From: Vicugna vicugna
Taxonomy: Eukaryota
Direction of reading: 5' to 3'
Assembly (NCBI GenBank): GCA_013265495.1
Contig: MU057880.1
Span: 1,332,527-1,396,526, forward strand
Length of the DNA stretch: 64,000 bases
In this document: piece by piece, positions 38,390 through 51,699 of the stretch
Layout: each line of letters opens with the position of its first letter
How positions within the stretch are numbered: the stretch's first letter is position 1
Translations under genes and position numbers: made by a program
Notes under the pieces: model-generated
What the model was told of the DNA's origin: nothing
Database searches by the model: none
What the model saw: only the letters and a program-made list of their open reading frames with translations

Positions 38390-38790
38390 TTTCGTTTATT
38401 TGTTTGAATTGGTAATGCAAATAGATGACAAAAGTTAAAATAAATGATATACTGTAAAATGTAAATATCCCATCCCACCGCTGTCAGTTGGCTATCTATT
38501 TATCTTTTCTGGAAGTGATCACTCTTTCGGTTTTTTTTCCTGTGTCCTCCCGAGTTGGTCTGTGTATATGCAAGCATTGACTTATATGTTCTTTTTTAAA
38601 AAGCAAATAATACTGTGCTTTTCACACAATGTGGAACTTTGTTATGTTGCCTTAACAGTAAACATTTGCGATTATTTTCCATCAGCACTTCATTATTTTT
38701 AACAGGTGCATAATATTCCATGACATGTAAGTACCATAATATTTTTAGCCACATCCCACACCAAGGTTTTAATTTTCAGACATTTTGTTT
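38390..38790 (-). mobile_element. L1ME-like 3' UTR remnant
   Basis: cattatttttaacaggtgcataatattcca...gtaccataat. Confidence 0.55.
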
Positions 38791-38904
38791 GACTTTGTGT
38801 GTGTACGTGTGTCTGTGTAAGTATGTGGCAGGGTTGTGTGTGTGAGTAGGGGGCTCAAATACAGAGGTTATATTATTCAGCTCACTGTGCTGTTCTATTG
38901 CATT

Positions 38905-40085
38905 GTGTATTAGTGTAGTTTTAGGTTTATAGCAAAATTGAGGGGGAAGATGCAGAGATTTTCCGTATACTCCTTACCTGCATAATGCACAACCTCCCTT
39001 ATTCTCAGCATCTCCCACCAGAGTGGTACATTCATTACATTTGGTGAACGTCCATCAACACATCATTATCACCCAGCATCCATAGTTCACATCAGGTTCC
39101 CTCTTAATCTCATATACTTTATGGGTTTGAACGGATACAATGATGTGTGTTCATCATTGCTGTATCATAGAGAGTATTTTCACTGCCCTAAAATCCCCTG
39201 TGCTCCATCTGTGCATTTCTCCCCCTCACCACAGCCCCTGGCAACCACTGATCTTTTACTGTCTCCATAGCTTTGCCTTTTCCAAAATGTCGTATAGTTC
39301 AGAGTCATAGTGCATAGCCTTTTCAGATTGGCTTCTTTCACTTAGTAAGATGCATTTAAGTTTCCACCATGTCTTTTCATGGCTTCAGAGCTCATTTCTT
39401 TTTGGTTCTGGATAATATTCCATTGTCTGTTGTACCACAGACAATCCATTCACCTCCTGAAGGACATCTTGTTGCTTTCAAGTCTTAGAAATGATAAATA
39501 AAGCTGCTATAAACATGTGTAGGTGTTTTGGACTGAAGTTTTCAACTCCTTTGGGTGAATACCAAGGAATCTGTTTCTAGATTATAGTAACAGTATGCTT
39601 ATTTTTGTTAAAAAAATTTGAAAACTGTTCCATTTTGGCTGTATGTACCATTTTGGATTCTCGCCAGCAATAAATGCGAGTTCTTGTTGCTCCACAATCT
39701 GCCCAGCATTTGCTGTTGTCAGTGTTCTGAATTGTGGCCATTCTGGTAAGTTTGTAGTGGGAATCTCATTGTTGTTTTAATCTGCATTTCCCTGGTGACA
39801 TAGGATGGAAAATGTCTTTTCATATGCTTATTTGACAACTGTATATCTTCTTTGGTGAGATGTCTGTTAAGGATTTTAGCCCAATTTTTAATTGGGCTGT
39901 TGTTGGGTTTTAAGAGTTCTTTGTATATTTTGGATAACAGTTCTTTATCAGATATGTCTTTTGCAAATATTTTCTTCCAGTTTATGGCTTGTCTTCTCAT
40001 TCTCTTGACATTGTCTTTTGTAGAGCAGAAGTTTTTAATTTTAATGAAGACCAGCTTATCATATACATTTTCCTGGACCATGCCT
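38905..40085 (-). mobile_element. L1MC1-like element (ORF2 C-terminal part and 3' UTR)
   Basis: ORF 39719..40081 (IKIKNFCSTKD...[10 protein letters not shown]) is L1 ORF2. The cccaccagagtggtacatt 3' UTR motif is present. Confidence 0.92.
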
Positions 40086-40299
40086 TTGATTTTACATTCA
40101 TATTAATCTTTATTATGAAATTTAAGGTCAGTGTGTTTAGTTCCAAAAAAAAATCATTTTTTTTTTGCTATTGTAATCTTGAAAACTCTGTAAGTTGAGG
40201 AGAATTAACATCTTACAATGTGAAGTTTTCCTTTTTACTAATAAATTGTGCTTTACAATTGTTCAAACCTCTTTGCATCCTTTAATAGCATTTAAATTT

Positions 40300-40545
40300 T
40301 TATTTAAGAAACTAGGTCTATTAAGGTATAAATCACCTATGGTAAAATTCATCCCTTCCTAATGTACAATTTTATGAATTTTGACAAATGCATATAGTCA
40401 TGTATCCAAAATCAAAAATCAAGGCGTAGAACATTTTCATCGCCCTAACAAGTTCCCTTTTACCTCCTTTATAGTCAGGCATTTTCTCCACCCTAGTGCC
40501 TGGAAACCACTGACCTATTTTTTGCCTCTAATATTTCGCTTTGTA
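40300..40545 (-). mobile_element. L1MB/ME-like 3' terminus
   Basis: tgtacaattttatgaattttgacaaatgcatatagtcatgta...ggaaaccactgacc. Confidence 0.8.
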
Positions 40546-40559
40546 GATTGATACATCAG

Positions 40560-43380
40560 TGGGACAATAGCTGTAAGAATAGCTTGGCAATTCATCTCCA
40601 CAAAAAAAGGGCATAAAACTGAACAATATTGTCAAAAACAATCATTTAAAGGCCCTGGAAATTGACCAAAAGCAGATGACAATTTGAGAAGTATTAATTC
40701 CAAAAAACCAGTGAGAGCTTTGGGTAAGAACAGTAGGATTCTCTGTCCGTCTCCCTGGAACTGCTCACACCGCTAGCGCCTGCTTGAATGGCAAGAGCTC
40801 TGCTTTCACAGGGTGGGGCTGGGCGCAAAAATCTGTGGCTTTATAGTCAAAGGGGGAAGATTGGCTCGATTTCAATTTAGGGTAGGAGGCAAAACGCCCT
40901 GCTTTGCTGATTAGCAGTGGTGATGAACTCAGTTGGGAATGGCCAGGAAATACATTCCAGCCAGACGTTTCATGGGGAGAATTCTGGAAACGAGGGAGCC
41001 ACAGAAGTTCTGAGAAAAGCTATTCTCATGCCCACGGGCTGATTTAGACCCATGCTTGTATAGAAGAGGGCTAAGCGCCCAGCAAAACAAAAAAACAAGC
41101 AAACAAAAAGTAAGCCTGGAGAGACTTGAGAACCAGCTACAGCTTTGAATGCATTTCTCAAACCACAGGCAGCTAGATTGGCAGAGGGTAGAAACCTCAT
41201 GTGTTTGAGCTGTTTGAACAAAACCTTTGCTCAAAGCATTAGCTGACCTCTTACGCAGATACACAAGGCAACACCTAGGAAGCCAGGTTGAAAAATAAAC
41301 ATAAGGATGGAAAACCTTAGCAGAGACATCTGGCTGTGTACCACAGAGCAGGTAGATTCTACAGTTTAGATCCAGGCAAGAATAAAAACAAGAATGGCTC
41401 CAGGCTTGCTGCTATAAATTATCTAAAATGTACACTGTCGAACAAAACTTCTAGACATACAGTGAAACAGCGAAGTGTGGCTCATTCATGTTCAGGAGCA
41501 GAAGCTGTCAGTAGAAACCGACTCTGAATGGGTCCATTGGCCACATTTAGCTAAGACTGAAACACAGCCATTATGAATATGTTCAAAGAATTAAAGGAAA
41601 CACCTTGAAGAAGAAAAGTAGATCAAGGTGACAATGAGTCAGATAATTTCTAGAGTCAATAATTACAGTAACTGGAAGGAGAGGACCAAGAGCAGACTTA
41701 AGACATCAGAAGAAGGAATCACTGTGAATGGGAGTTAGATCAGTAAAAAAAAAAATTAGCCAATAAACAATAGAAAAAAATTGAAGAACAACAAAGAGGC
41801 AATGCCAGGGGTTCCAACTATGAATCCCAGCTGTCTCCTTTCTCCAACTAGGAGACAGACAAAGAAACAGAAAAAAAGTATTTGAAGAAGTAATGGCTAA
41901 AACTTGCCAAATTTAGTGAAAGATAGAATCCTGCAGATCTCAGAAGCTCATGAAAACTAAGTAAGATAGACACTTATTTTATTTTTATTTTCTTTATCTT
42001 GGCTAAAATTTTTCTTATTTTTAATATTTTCTTTATTTTTTTATGATAAAAGAAAGAACAACACTTGTATACACTGTCAAACCACTGAAAGCCAAACCCA
42101 AAGAGAAGATCTTAAAAGCAGCAGAACAAAAATGATGTGTGATACTACGATTAACAGCTGACTTCTTCCAGGAAACAATGGGGACCAAGAGGCAGGATGG
42201 AATGACGTATTCATAGTGTTGATGAAGAGAAATAAAGCTAATGAAGAATTAAACATTCTGTGTGTGTATCATACATAAAACTAAAAGTCAGCAGGGAATG
42301 TAACATGGTAAGCTAGTCATGCTTGCTCATCACAAAGGAAGGCAGTAAATCAGGAACAAAAAAGGTATAAGATGTAGAAAAAAGAGCAAAATGTAAATCA
42401 AACGCTAACAATAATTGTCTTAAACATTAACCTAAACATTCCAGTCAAACTCCAGGGATTGCCAAAGTGAATAAGAAAGCTTTCTGTTAGAGAAATTACT
42501 TGTATTTGATGAAATACATAATTGAAAGTAAAAGACGATAACAAGACATTCTATTCAAACTGCCACTATAAATAACCTGAAGTAGCTATATTAATATCAA
42601 AATAAATTTTAAGACAGAAATATTGCTAGAGACAGAAAGGGACATTTCCTATTGATAAAAGTATCCAATACATCATGAAGATTTAGCAACTGTAAATGCA
42701 CTTAAACGGAGTTCCTAAGTATATTAAGAAACATATGACATAATCATGAGGGAAAGAGACAACTCAACAATTCTAGTTGGGGATTTCAGTACTCCTCTTG
42801 CCATAATTGACCAGGCCATCAGAGGGAAAAAAACAAAAAGGATACAGAGACTTGAATGACCCTATCACCCAACTTGACCTGACACAGATGGCTTTTCACT
42901 CAACAGCCGAATCCACATTTTCACTGCACATGGCTCATTCTCCAGAGTAGATCCTAGGCTAGGACATAAAAGAGTTTTTAATCATTTCAAATGGATTGAA
43001 ATCATACTAGTATATTTGCCAACCACAACAGAACTGACTTGGAAATAAACAACAGAAAGAAGTCTGTGGTTAGAGGAAGATTTATAACTTAAAGCGCTTA
43101 CAGCAGAAAGGAAGAAAGATCTAAAATCAATAATCTCAGCTTTCACTGTAAGAAGCTAGAAAAATCAGAGCAGCAAATCCAATGCCAATAAGAGGAAGAT
43201 GGAAGCAATAAAATCAGGGTGGAAATCAACCAAAGAGAAGAGAGAAACGTGGAGAAAATCAATGAAACTAAAAGTTAGTGCTTTGTAAAGATCAACACAA
43301 CCAATAGATATTTTGCTAGACTGATAAGAATAAAAGGGGGAGAGACGAAACTGAAGCAGAAAAAGGAGAGTCAAATGTTA
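40560..43380 (+). mobile_element. Old L1 5' region, ORF1 and ORF2 endonuclease remnant
   Basis: tgaatatgttcaaagaattaaagg, acagctgacttcttc..gaaacaatg (ORF1); ttgaaagtaaaag, gtagctatattaatatca, atggattgaaatcatac (EN domain). Heavily disrupted. Confidence 0.85.
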
Positions 43381-43789
43381 GATGTTGGCTTTGATCTCAC
43401 CTCTGCTGGATACAGACAGCAAACGATGGGACTCCCAAGACAATCTGGGAACCTGAGATTGGTTTCCGGTTTAACTTGGGACGCTAGGTGATGTTCTAAC
43501 AGATATTCCCTGTGACGCAATGACGTGGAAGCAGTTGAAGGAGAGGGCTTGACACAGCCCCTGCCTCCTGCAGCAGCAAAGGGAGAAGAGCATCCAAACG
43601 TTCTCCACGCCACTAACAGAAATTGGGAACTTGGCTAAGAAACACTTAGCAAGACGATCCTCTGGGTTTAATGAGAGACCCAAGAGGAATGTTTTAATTT
43701 GTTAGACTGCAAAGGCAGGAATATTACACTAATTGATCAAGTTCTACTTGTTTTCCAGGGAGCGCTGTGATTTAATAAGTGGATTATTT

Positions 43790-43985
43790 ATCATTAGGCA
43801 AACAGATTCAAGCACAGACTCTTGGATCCTGGAGATGGGATACTGGCAAAGCCACCCAACCTCTTGGAAACTCTTCATCTATAACATAGTGTTAATCACT
43901 CTCTACTTGCACCGAATTCTACGAAACAATAAGGTTGCTTTGATGCATGAATGACATGAAATATGTGAAAGGTGCTTTGTAATTG
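43790..43985 (+). mobile_element. MIR SINE
   Basis: ctcttcatctataa..atag...atgacatgaaatatgtgaaaggtgctttgtaa. Confidence 0.55.
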
Positions 43986-44444
43986 TTCAAAGCCCTGCAA
44001 AATATTTCTCTCTCTATATTAACTGTTATCCATTTGTGGGCAAGGGGCCTTTTTCTAATTTTTCTACTTGACTTTTACTCTAGTGTGCAATTTTTGAAAG
44101 TCTTTCAAGCTATTACAAAAATGTATTGTTTTAGAGTTTCTTTGTGAAAAAACAAAAAAGCTGAGGGCTTGTTCAGTTTGTGAAGTCCTGTGATATTTTA
44201 TTTTCTCCTAAGTTTCTGCTAGACCCAACCCATGAGATGGAAGTCAATCCTTTTCTGAAACTTACAGTTGGTTTTTCCAGAGCTACCATGATGGACTCTC
44301 CATTTTCTCTTCAAAATGTTCTTCCAAGTAATTCATACTGAAATATAAATGTTTGAATGTAGCTTTGGGAGAGAGCTCTGCCAGGAACGTGGGTGAGATG
44401 GAGAGAGGGTTTGGGAATTAGTAGAGATCAAAGTTTTCACACCT

Positions 44445-44515
44445 ACTTTATCCAACCCCCAGATATTCTGAGTCAGTAGTTCAGGATGGGGACTGGACAT
44501 CTGTATTTTTAAATA
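44445..44515. mobile_element. MER5-like fragment
   Basis: ccccagatattctgagtcagtag...catctgtatttttaa. Confidence 0.55.
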
Positions 44516-46666
44516 GAGTCTTTTATAACATTGAAGGACACTCTTACTTAGAACCTCTCATCTGAGGGATAAAGTATTCTAGACTGCCAGGCATCAATAG
44601 GTCAGTGCATGTGAGGGTCTGGAAGGGCATCCTGGCCTGCCTGGTATCCTTGAGACACGCCACCGACCTCTTTGCTTACTGCCCAGGTGACCCGTTAGCA
44701 CACAGAGCTCCCTCTGACGTCTGAGGGGCTCTGAAATAACACAGGCAGACCTGTTATCATTGAAAAAAATAGGAGCCTGTAGAGCAAAAGAAGTACAGCA
44801 TGCCAAATTTTTTATTGTATGTTCTTTGTCTCCAACTGCATATTTATTTATCTTGGTAAAATTGCTGATGTTGACAAGCAGTCAACATAAGGAATATAAT
44901 TCAAGGTGAGCTATATTTTCATCACTTGTTGAATTATACTATAACCTGTTACTTCATTTTCAGAGTTAGATTCGACAGGTACATGGCTGAGCAACTTCGG
45001 TTCATGTTTATCATAACCTTAGGTCCTAAAAAGGTCTTTACCTTAACTAGTATTTTGTTCCTGAACAAATTATTGGAAATAGGAACACATTTAATTTATC
45101 GTAATTATCCTAAAGATGGGAAATTTGTGGAAAAGGAGGAACTATCTTTGAAAATATTTTAATTTCTTATAGGATTTGAAGATAACTCTTAGGAAAGAGT
45201 CACCGTATAAGTGATACATAGTTTTACCATGTAAATTAGCAGCCACATGTGTCATATTTTCGTATTCTTCTATTGATGTAAAGTTCCTATGGTGTTAGAA
45301 AGCCACGGCTCTCGGCAGCTGAGTCTCTCAGCCATGTGGATGTGACAGTTGATTTTGCCTGGAGGTGACAGCAGAAGTCATTGGCTTTGAGTAAAATATG
45401 ATACTGTTTTTTAAGTCTCTAGAAGACCTAGGTTTGGGAAGCACCATTTATTAAATAAGGGTTTTTGCTTTAAAAAAAAATTTAATAGTGTCAGTTATCC
45501 TTTATAGAACATATATTTATTAACTGGCTTCTCAGTGCCAGACGCTGTTCCAGATATTTTTACATCCATTATTTCAATAATTTCAGAGATGTGACGTGGT
45601 AGATTAAAAAAACTAACAGACAATGTTAGCCTCTCTTCTTTGAAAGTAATGCAATGTAGCATCATGAGGCTTGAGTCTAAGGAAACAGCTTCAACACCTC
45701 CTGTTTTAAAATGACAGGCCCAGTCATATTCCTTCTCAGAAACATCACCAAAATTGTTGTGTTGTTGGTCTGGGAGGCAATGAGGAAAGGAGGTGAAGAG
45801 AGGACAGAATTAGTCTATTTTCTTATTATGGACCTTCTATTCTGTGCGATATGATGTCACCAGGAATGACTTAAAATATCCCAAGTCTGTCGGAGAGTTG
45901 GGAGGGACAGTTTTGCCATGTTGTGAGGAAACGGGGTCCCATTCCAGGTCCCAGATGCCTGGAATGTGAATGTGTTGGGTGACCTTCAAGTTCCCTGCTC
46001 CCAGTGGAGTTTAAAGCAGGTACCATGAGATCTTCTCAGGGTTGGGGCTCATGGTGGGATTCTTTTAAAGTCCCGTACGAGGTCTCTGTGATGCATTTGG
46101 TGCTAGGGTATTGGGGGAAAGATTTTCTGAACATATATATTTTTTAACTTATAGTAGAATGACACATAATATGTCAAAACTCTTAAAATTCCTGCTTTCT
46201 TCCTCAGAGCCAAAACCTCAGAGTATCATTGCAAAACTTCCTCTGGAATCCCAGGGCCCTTGGTGGGGTTGATTCATAGAACATTCTCAATGAGGGAGGA
46301 AACCCTTTCCCAGGAGCCGGTGTGGGAACCAGAGTCAGGAAAGTTTGGTCTGGACTTGATGTCTGTTCTTACTCACTTTTCTGAGATTGAAAAAAGAAAA
46401 AAGCCTACTTAGATACTAATAGATACTAAGAAAAAACAAAAAACCACACTCCTTTGCTCCCTCGTGCATCATAAATGAAAGGTCTAATATAAAGAAGACA
46501 CTTTAGTAATAGAGCATTTGGCCCAAACGTCAACTTAGAGAATTAAAATATAATGCGTTTTAAAATTTAATCTCTGATAATGTAACAGAGGTCTCAAGAG
46601 GTTAAATACATTATTCCAAATTACCTATTTGGAATAGCTAAATACATACCTAGCCAATTGCATTCT

Positions 46667-46929
46667 TTTTTTAAAATGTATTTTTATTGAAGTCTAGTCA
46701 GTTTACAATGTTGTGTCAATTTCTGGCATATAGCACAATGCTTCAGTCCTACATGAACATACATATATTCATTTTCATATTATTTTTCACCATAAATTAC
46801 TACAGGATATTGAATCTAGTTTGCTATGCTATACAGTATGAACTTGTTGTTTATCTAGAAGGGATCAATTGGAATTTTGAGATTTGCAGATACTAATGTA
46901 TGTAGAATGAATAAACAACAAGCTCATAC
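46667..46929 (-). mobile_element. Short 5'-inverted (twin-primed) L1 3' UTR insertion
   Basis: Minus-strand L1 tail 46667-46856, then plus-strand upstream piece 46857-46931. TSD TGCATTCT. Confidence 0.9.
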
Positions 46930-49869
46930 TGCATTCTAATTTTTGAGAATGATTTAGAGTTTGAACAGTCTTCTTTTCGGATTTTCACAACTGTATGACA
47001 GTGTTTGTGTGCGGTGCCCAATTTCTTCTGTCGTTCTGAGCCTTGTGCTGAAAGGCGGGGTTTATGTCCTTCTCTGAAAGAGCAGAATGCAGGTCTCTGT
47101 CTTCCTTGTCTAGTCACCCTCACAGTACAAGATCCATGATCTTTCCAAAACACACACCAAATATCCCTTTTCTATATTTTTAGTTTGAGCTAAATTGTTG
47201 TAAAATTAGAGAGAAGGTTCAGACTAATATCCAGAGTGTCTTTATTTCTCCCAAGTTGACTAGCTTTTATGTGCAAAAGCATACTTGTGTGATTTGATAC
47301 GTTGCTCTATTTTAATCATCAACTTACAACACTTGTTCATCAATATGTTGATCTTTCTGTTGCCCGAGAGCAGGTCCAATTAGATCTGAGTAAAGGTGTC
47401 TTAAAACACTGAACTGAGGGATAGCACGCATGCAGACATAAAGAAGAGAACTCAGTCACTCTACTCTTCTACAGTCACTCCAGGGCGTGGTTTATGTAGT
47501 AATTAAGTAAGAGTGGAAGTAAACACTGAAAAAGTTTGACATGGATGCAGGGGTCAGATTGTCTACCACTTAGGGATAGGGTCACAGGGCTCTGTTTTTT
47601 CAAGCTTTCTACCTGCAAATGACACCCATTCCTCCACTCCCAAGTCATCGGCTGACACAAATCACATGACTGTGGCCAACTTCAAGGGGCCATGAAGCCC
47701 CGTTTTACCACATAACTGAGGAGGGAGAGCAGAAATGATGCTGGGATACTGGCGTCAAATACCGAGGTTCTATTCTCCATCCTGAGTAAAAATATACCTC
47801 CTCCTTTTTGTGGGGAAATAGAACTCCCCAGATTTCTCAGTGCCCCTGTGCAAAGCTGCAGCCTTCTGAGACAAGGAAGCGTACAGGATGTAAAGATAGG
47901 CAATGTTTGTTTTTTTTTTCCTGGAAGCCTTTTACCCTGCATGTATTAGGAGAATCAGACCTGCGGCAATTTGGACTCTGTCCCTAGGTTAAGTCCCAAG
48001 GTGCCAGAAAGACTGGAAAACTCTCCTCCCAGCTGTTTACATTCCAAATCCTATGAAACCCAGAACTTGGCAGCTTCTCTAGGTCCCAGAAGCAGGAGAC
48101 ATTCAGTGTTTATCTGGCCCTTGGAAAGATGCATTTGCATTCCAGAAGTTCAGGGTGAGAATCCAGGATTCTTGCCATTACTTCCCAAAAGAGCAAAAGT
48201 TATTATTCTTTCTTAATCCTCTCTTTTCAAAAGGGTCGGCAGATAGCTGTCTCTCTACTGGACGCAGAGAAGATGCACTATTTCCCGTTCCTTTGGAGTT
48301 GTAGAAGTTTGCGCAGGTAGGACATTTTCCCTGACTTTCCTTCAGTCACCCTTGGGGTAAGAATCCAGCTGTGAGGGACCACAATGGCATTATTTGCTTT
48401 TTAAGTGAAAAATAATTGTCTGTCTTGGATACAGAATGCCTCCTTCTCATTTGCACATTCAGGATAAAATTTATATAAAGATCAATATTAAAAATCCAAC
48501 ACTTCTCTAAGGGACCCCAGCCAGACCCAGACACAGCATCAAGCTCCAGCCCCTGGTGAGTGCCTGGTCTCCACCTCCCAGGGTGATGCGGGAGTGCGGG
48601 GGTTTCTCCATGAAGTCCAGGTGTGGCCCATCTCGACCTGGAGATTTACAATGGTGACAGCTATTTGCCTGGATAAACTCAGTCTGCAATGACCCATCAG
48701 GTTCAGGATAAGCACAATGAACACTCTGGGTGGGGAAGGAGGGGAACGGGGGTCCCATGGCCAAGCTGTCCGTCCATTGGTGACATCCTGCTGGACCACA
48801 AATCCAGCGCCCTCAACCCTCCCACCCCTCACTCACCCACGTTCTGTGGTCTGAATGTTAATGCCTGCCTCCCCTATGTATCTATGTGCACTCCGGACAG
48901 CGAGCTCTCTGTAGGATAGACTTTCACGCCTCTGCAGCTGGAGCCTTCCCCATCCATTGCTGGATCTACTTAACAGTTAATTAAATATGAATATGTGTGA
49001 TTAAAGCTCAGTGAGGAACTAACTACTCAGCAAAACTTACCCCGAGCAAAGATTCACAGCCGGGATGATGGACCCATGCAATCTCCCACCTTCTCAACAA
49101 TGTCTCATTTTTCACCCTTTGAATCTTTCTAATGGCATTATACTGCCTGAAATTTACTTCTGGCATTATGGGTAAAATTTTTACTATTAGTAATAAAAAT
49201 CCAATAATTCTGGTCCCTACGTACATGGAAAATGAAACACATTTCTCATACACTCTTAAAGAGTCATGTGAAAAAATGAGGCTGAAATAAATCAAACACA
49301 CAGCCAGGTTGAACAGAAATACAAGTCTGGGAAATCAATTCAGAAAACTGAAATCAAGTCTTTTTTTGATTGAAAACTCTAAATTGAGGAATAGTGCTAC
49401 TCACCTCAAATTTTCTTTTGTATGAAGAATTTAATGAACTTGTACACTCAGTGGGTATATATATATATATATTTGAATAGTATCTCAATAATTACACCAT
49501 GTGTATTCATAAAAGGCTCTAATGCTTCTTGCTTGATACAGTGTTACTCAAAGAATTTCTGTTGGCACTCAGATGAAATGTTTTCTGATAAGACAACAAA
49601 TGTCATATTTAAAATTAACCTTAAATAAAAATAGAAGGTGTGAACATGAAAGTCACATGGAATTTATTCTTCTCTCCTCCCCTTATCTGTCTTTTAAACT
49701 TCCTCCTTTCTGTCCTTCCTTGCATTTGTTTATGGAAGAGACAAATTTTATTCTAACACATTCATGCTCTCAACATATAGTCATTGAATGCCTACTACAC
49801 AGTATTTCTATTCTGTAATATTCTGAGGTTTGGCAAAATATTTTATATGTATTGAATTTAAAAACATTT

Positions 49870-51080
49870 TTTTTTTGAGTTTGTAGTGCCTTTGTGAAGT
49901 TTAAAAATCCAAGTGACATATACAAAGAGATGCAGTTATATATCTAGTCATTGTCCCTGTCCCTGGCCACCCTGAGTCGACTGAATTCCCTTAGGGAACC
50001 AGGTTTTTTGTGTTCCTGTGTAAACTTCCAGTGTTCATGTAAATACAGGCAAATGTAAATATATATCATTACCTTCCTAAACAAATGGTGTGACACTGTT
50101 ATGTACGTTGACTATGTGTTTTGTCTGCTTGTTTGTGTTGTTGTATTTTGTTTTTGTTTTATTCACTTAACTACGTATCCGGGAGAATTTTCCATATCAA
50201 GGTATAAAAAAGTCTTCAATTTTTTTTCTTTTTTCAGTTTTATTAAGTAGAATTATTATAGTTTGACTGCACATATACATTATATTGCATGTAAAAACGT
50301 CTTCAACTGAAAAAAAATTACATATGTTAACAACACCATAGTCTGTTTAATCCAGTCCCCTTTAGATGGACATGACTAATTGTCACTGGTTCATTTGCTG
50401 ACGGAAAAGTACTGCAAGAAAATAACTGTCTGCATAAAAATCATTTAGGTGCTTCTGCAGGGTAATTTCCCGTAAGGATATTTGCCGGATAAAAGCTTTT
50501 TAATTTTGTTCAGCTTTATCAAATTGCTCTCTGTATAGGCTGTGGTATTTTGTAACCCCACCAGAAATGAATGCAAATGTTGTTTTTTTCATACAACTTC
50601 ACCAACAGAGTATATTGTCAAACATTTTGAATTTTGACCAGTATTAATACAGGCAAAACACGTTATTGTATTTTATTAGGGTTTATTTTTCGTGAATGAG
50701 GTTGCACATTTTTTATTTCTCAGGGAATATTTTTATTTGATTGTCAAAGAATCATGCACGTCTTTGCTTATTTTTCTATTGAGTTGCTGGCTTTTGTCTG
50801 AATTCCTAGGTATTAGTGTATTGGGAAGATTACAGATTGCCTGCAACAAAGTTTCTTTATATTTTTAAGTTGGACACTTGTCTTTCTTTTGATCACTTTG
50901 TGATTAGTTTTTTCTTATAATGGCATTTAAAAGAAACTCCCTGATAATTTTATCACTTACTTTAATGATTTCTACACTTTACGTGAGGGTTAGAAAAGTT
51001 TCCTTCTCCACACTAATGTTATAAAAAATAATGCATCTGTGTTTATTTTTCATACCTTTATTTCCCTTTTCTTAACATAG
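49870..51080 (-). mobile_element. L1ME-like decayed fragment
   Basis: cttcaccaacagagtatattgtcaaac, atgaggttgcacattttt, tttttctattgagttg. Confidence 0.65.
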
Positions 51081-51699
51081 TTGCAATATCATGCAGATGT
51101 GAACTGGAGGATTTCCAGACAGTGTTTTAGTTTAACCACAATTTGTAAAAAGCCAAAGGTCAAGAACTGTCTTGCTGTCAAAGGGCAGATTCTGGACGTG
51201 GCATTCCTGATACAATGTCACGTTTGTAATTTCAACACCAGATCTTACTTCATGAACGTCTTCCCGCCCTCTGCAGAAGTTTACAAAAAATTTAGCAATT
51301 CTTTTGTTATTCCCTGAAAATGAACATAATAGCCCAGGCTGATGAAGTTACTGCCATAGGGCCCTATTGATAGAGAATGTGACTCCTGTCCATGTAGGGT
51401 CACATTCCTTCCATTCCAAAGACATGTGTGGCCCTCCTTCCCCACAAAAGAGAGCTTTTCCACAGTTGCTCACATTTCATTGTACTTGTGTAAGTGGGCA
51501 CATCTATTATGCACAGTGAGGGCTCAGGAAGACGGGCTGTCAGGGAAAAATGAAGCCCCCAGATGCCATACAAGATGTATGTGCTCTCCTCCAGCTGGAG
51601 ACACAAGCCCAGAAAGTCTGCCCAGAGGTCACTGGGAATGAAGAAAGCAAAAAATGTCCTTCAAATGTTTTCTCGATGTCGAAAATTGTGTGTATTTAG

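Noticed and set aside
40560..43380. Active L1 or domesticated ORF1/endonuclease gene
   Set aside because: No long sense ORF; dense stops and indels.
44882..44978. Two adjacent plus-strand micro-exons
   Set aside because: The implied intron is about 58 nt, below the usual mammalian minimum, and the first acceptor is weak.
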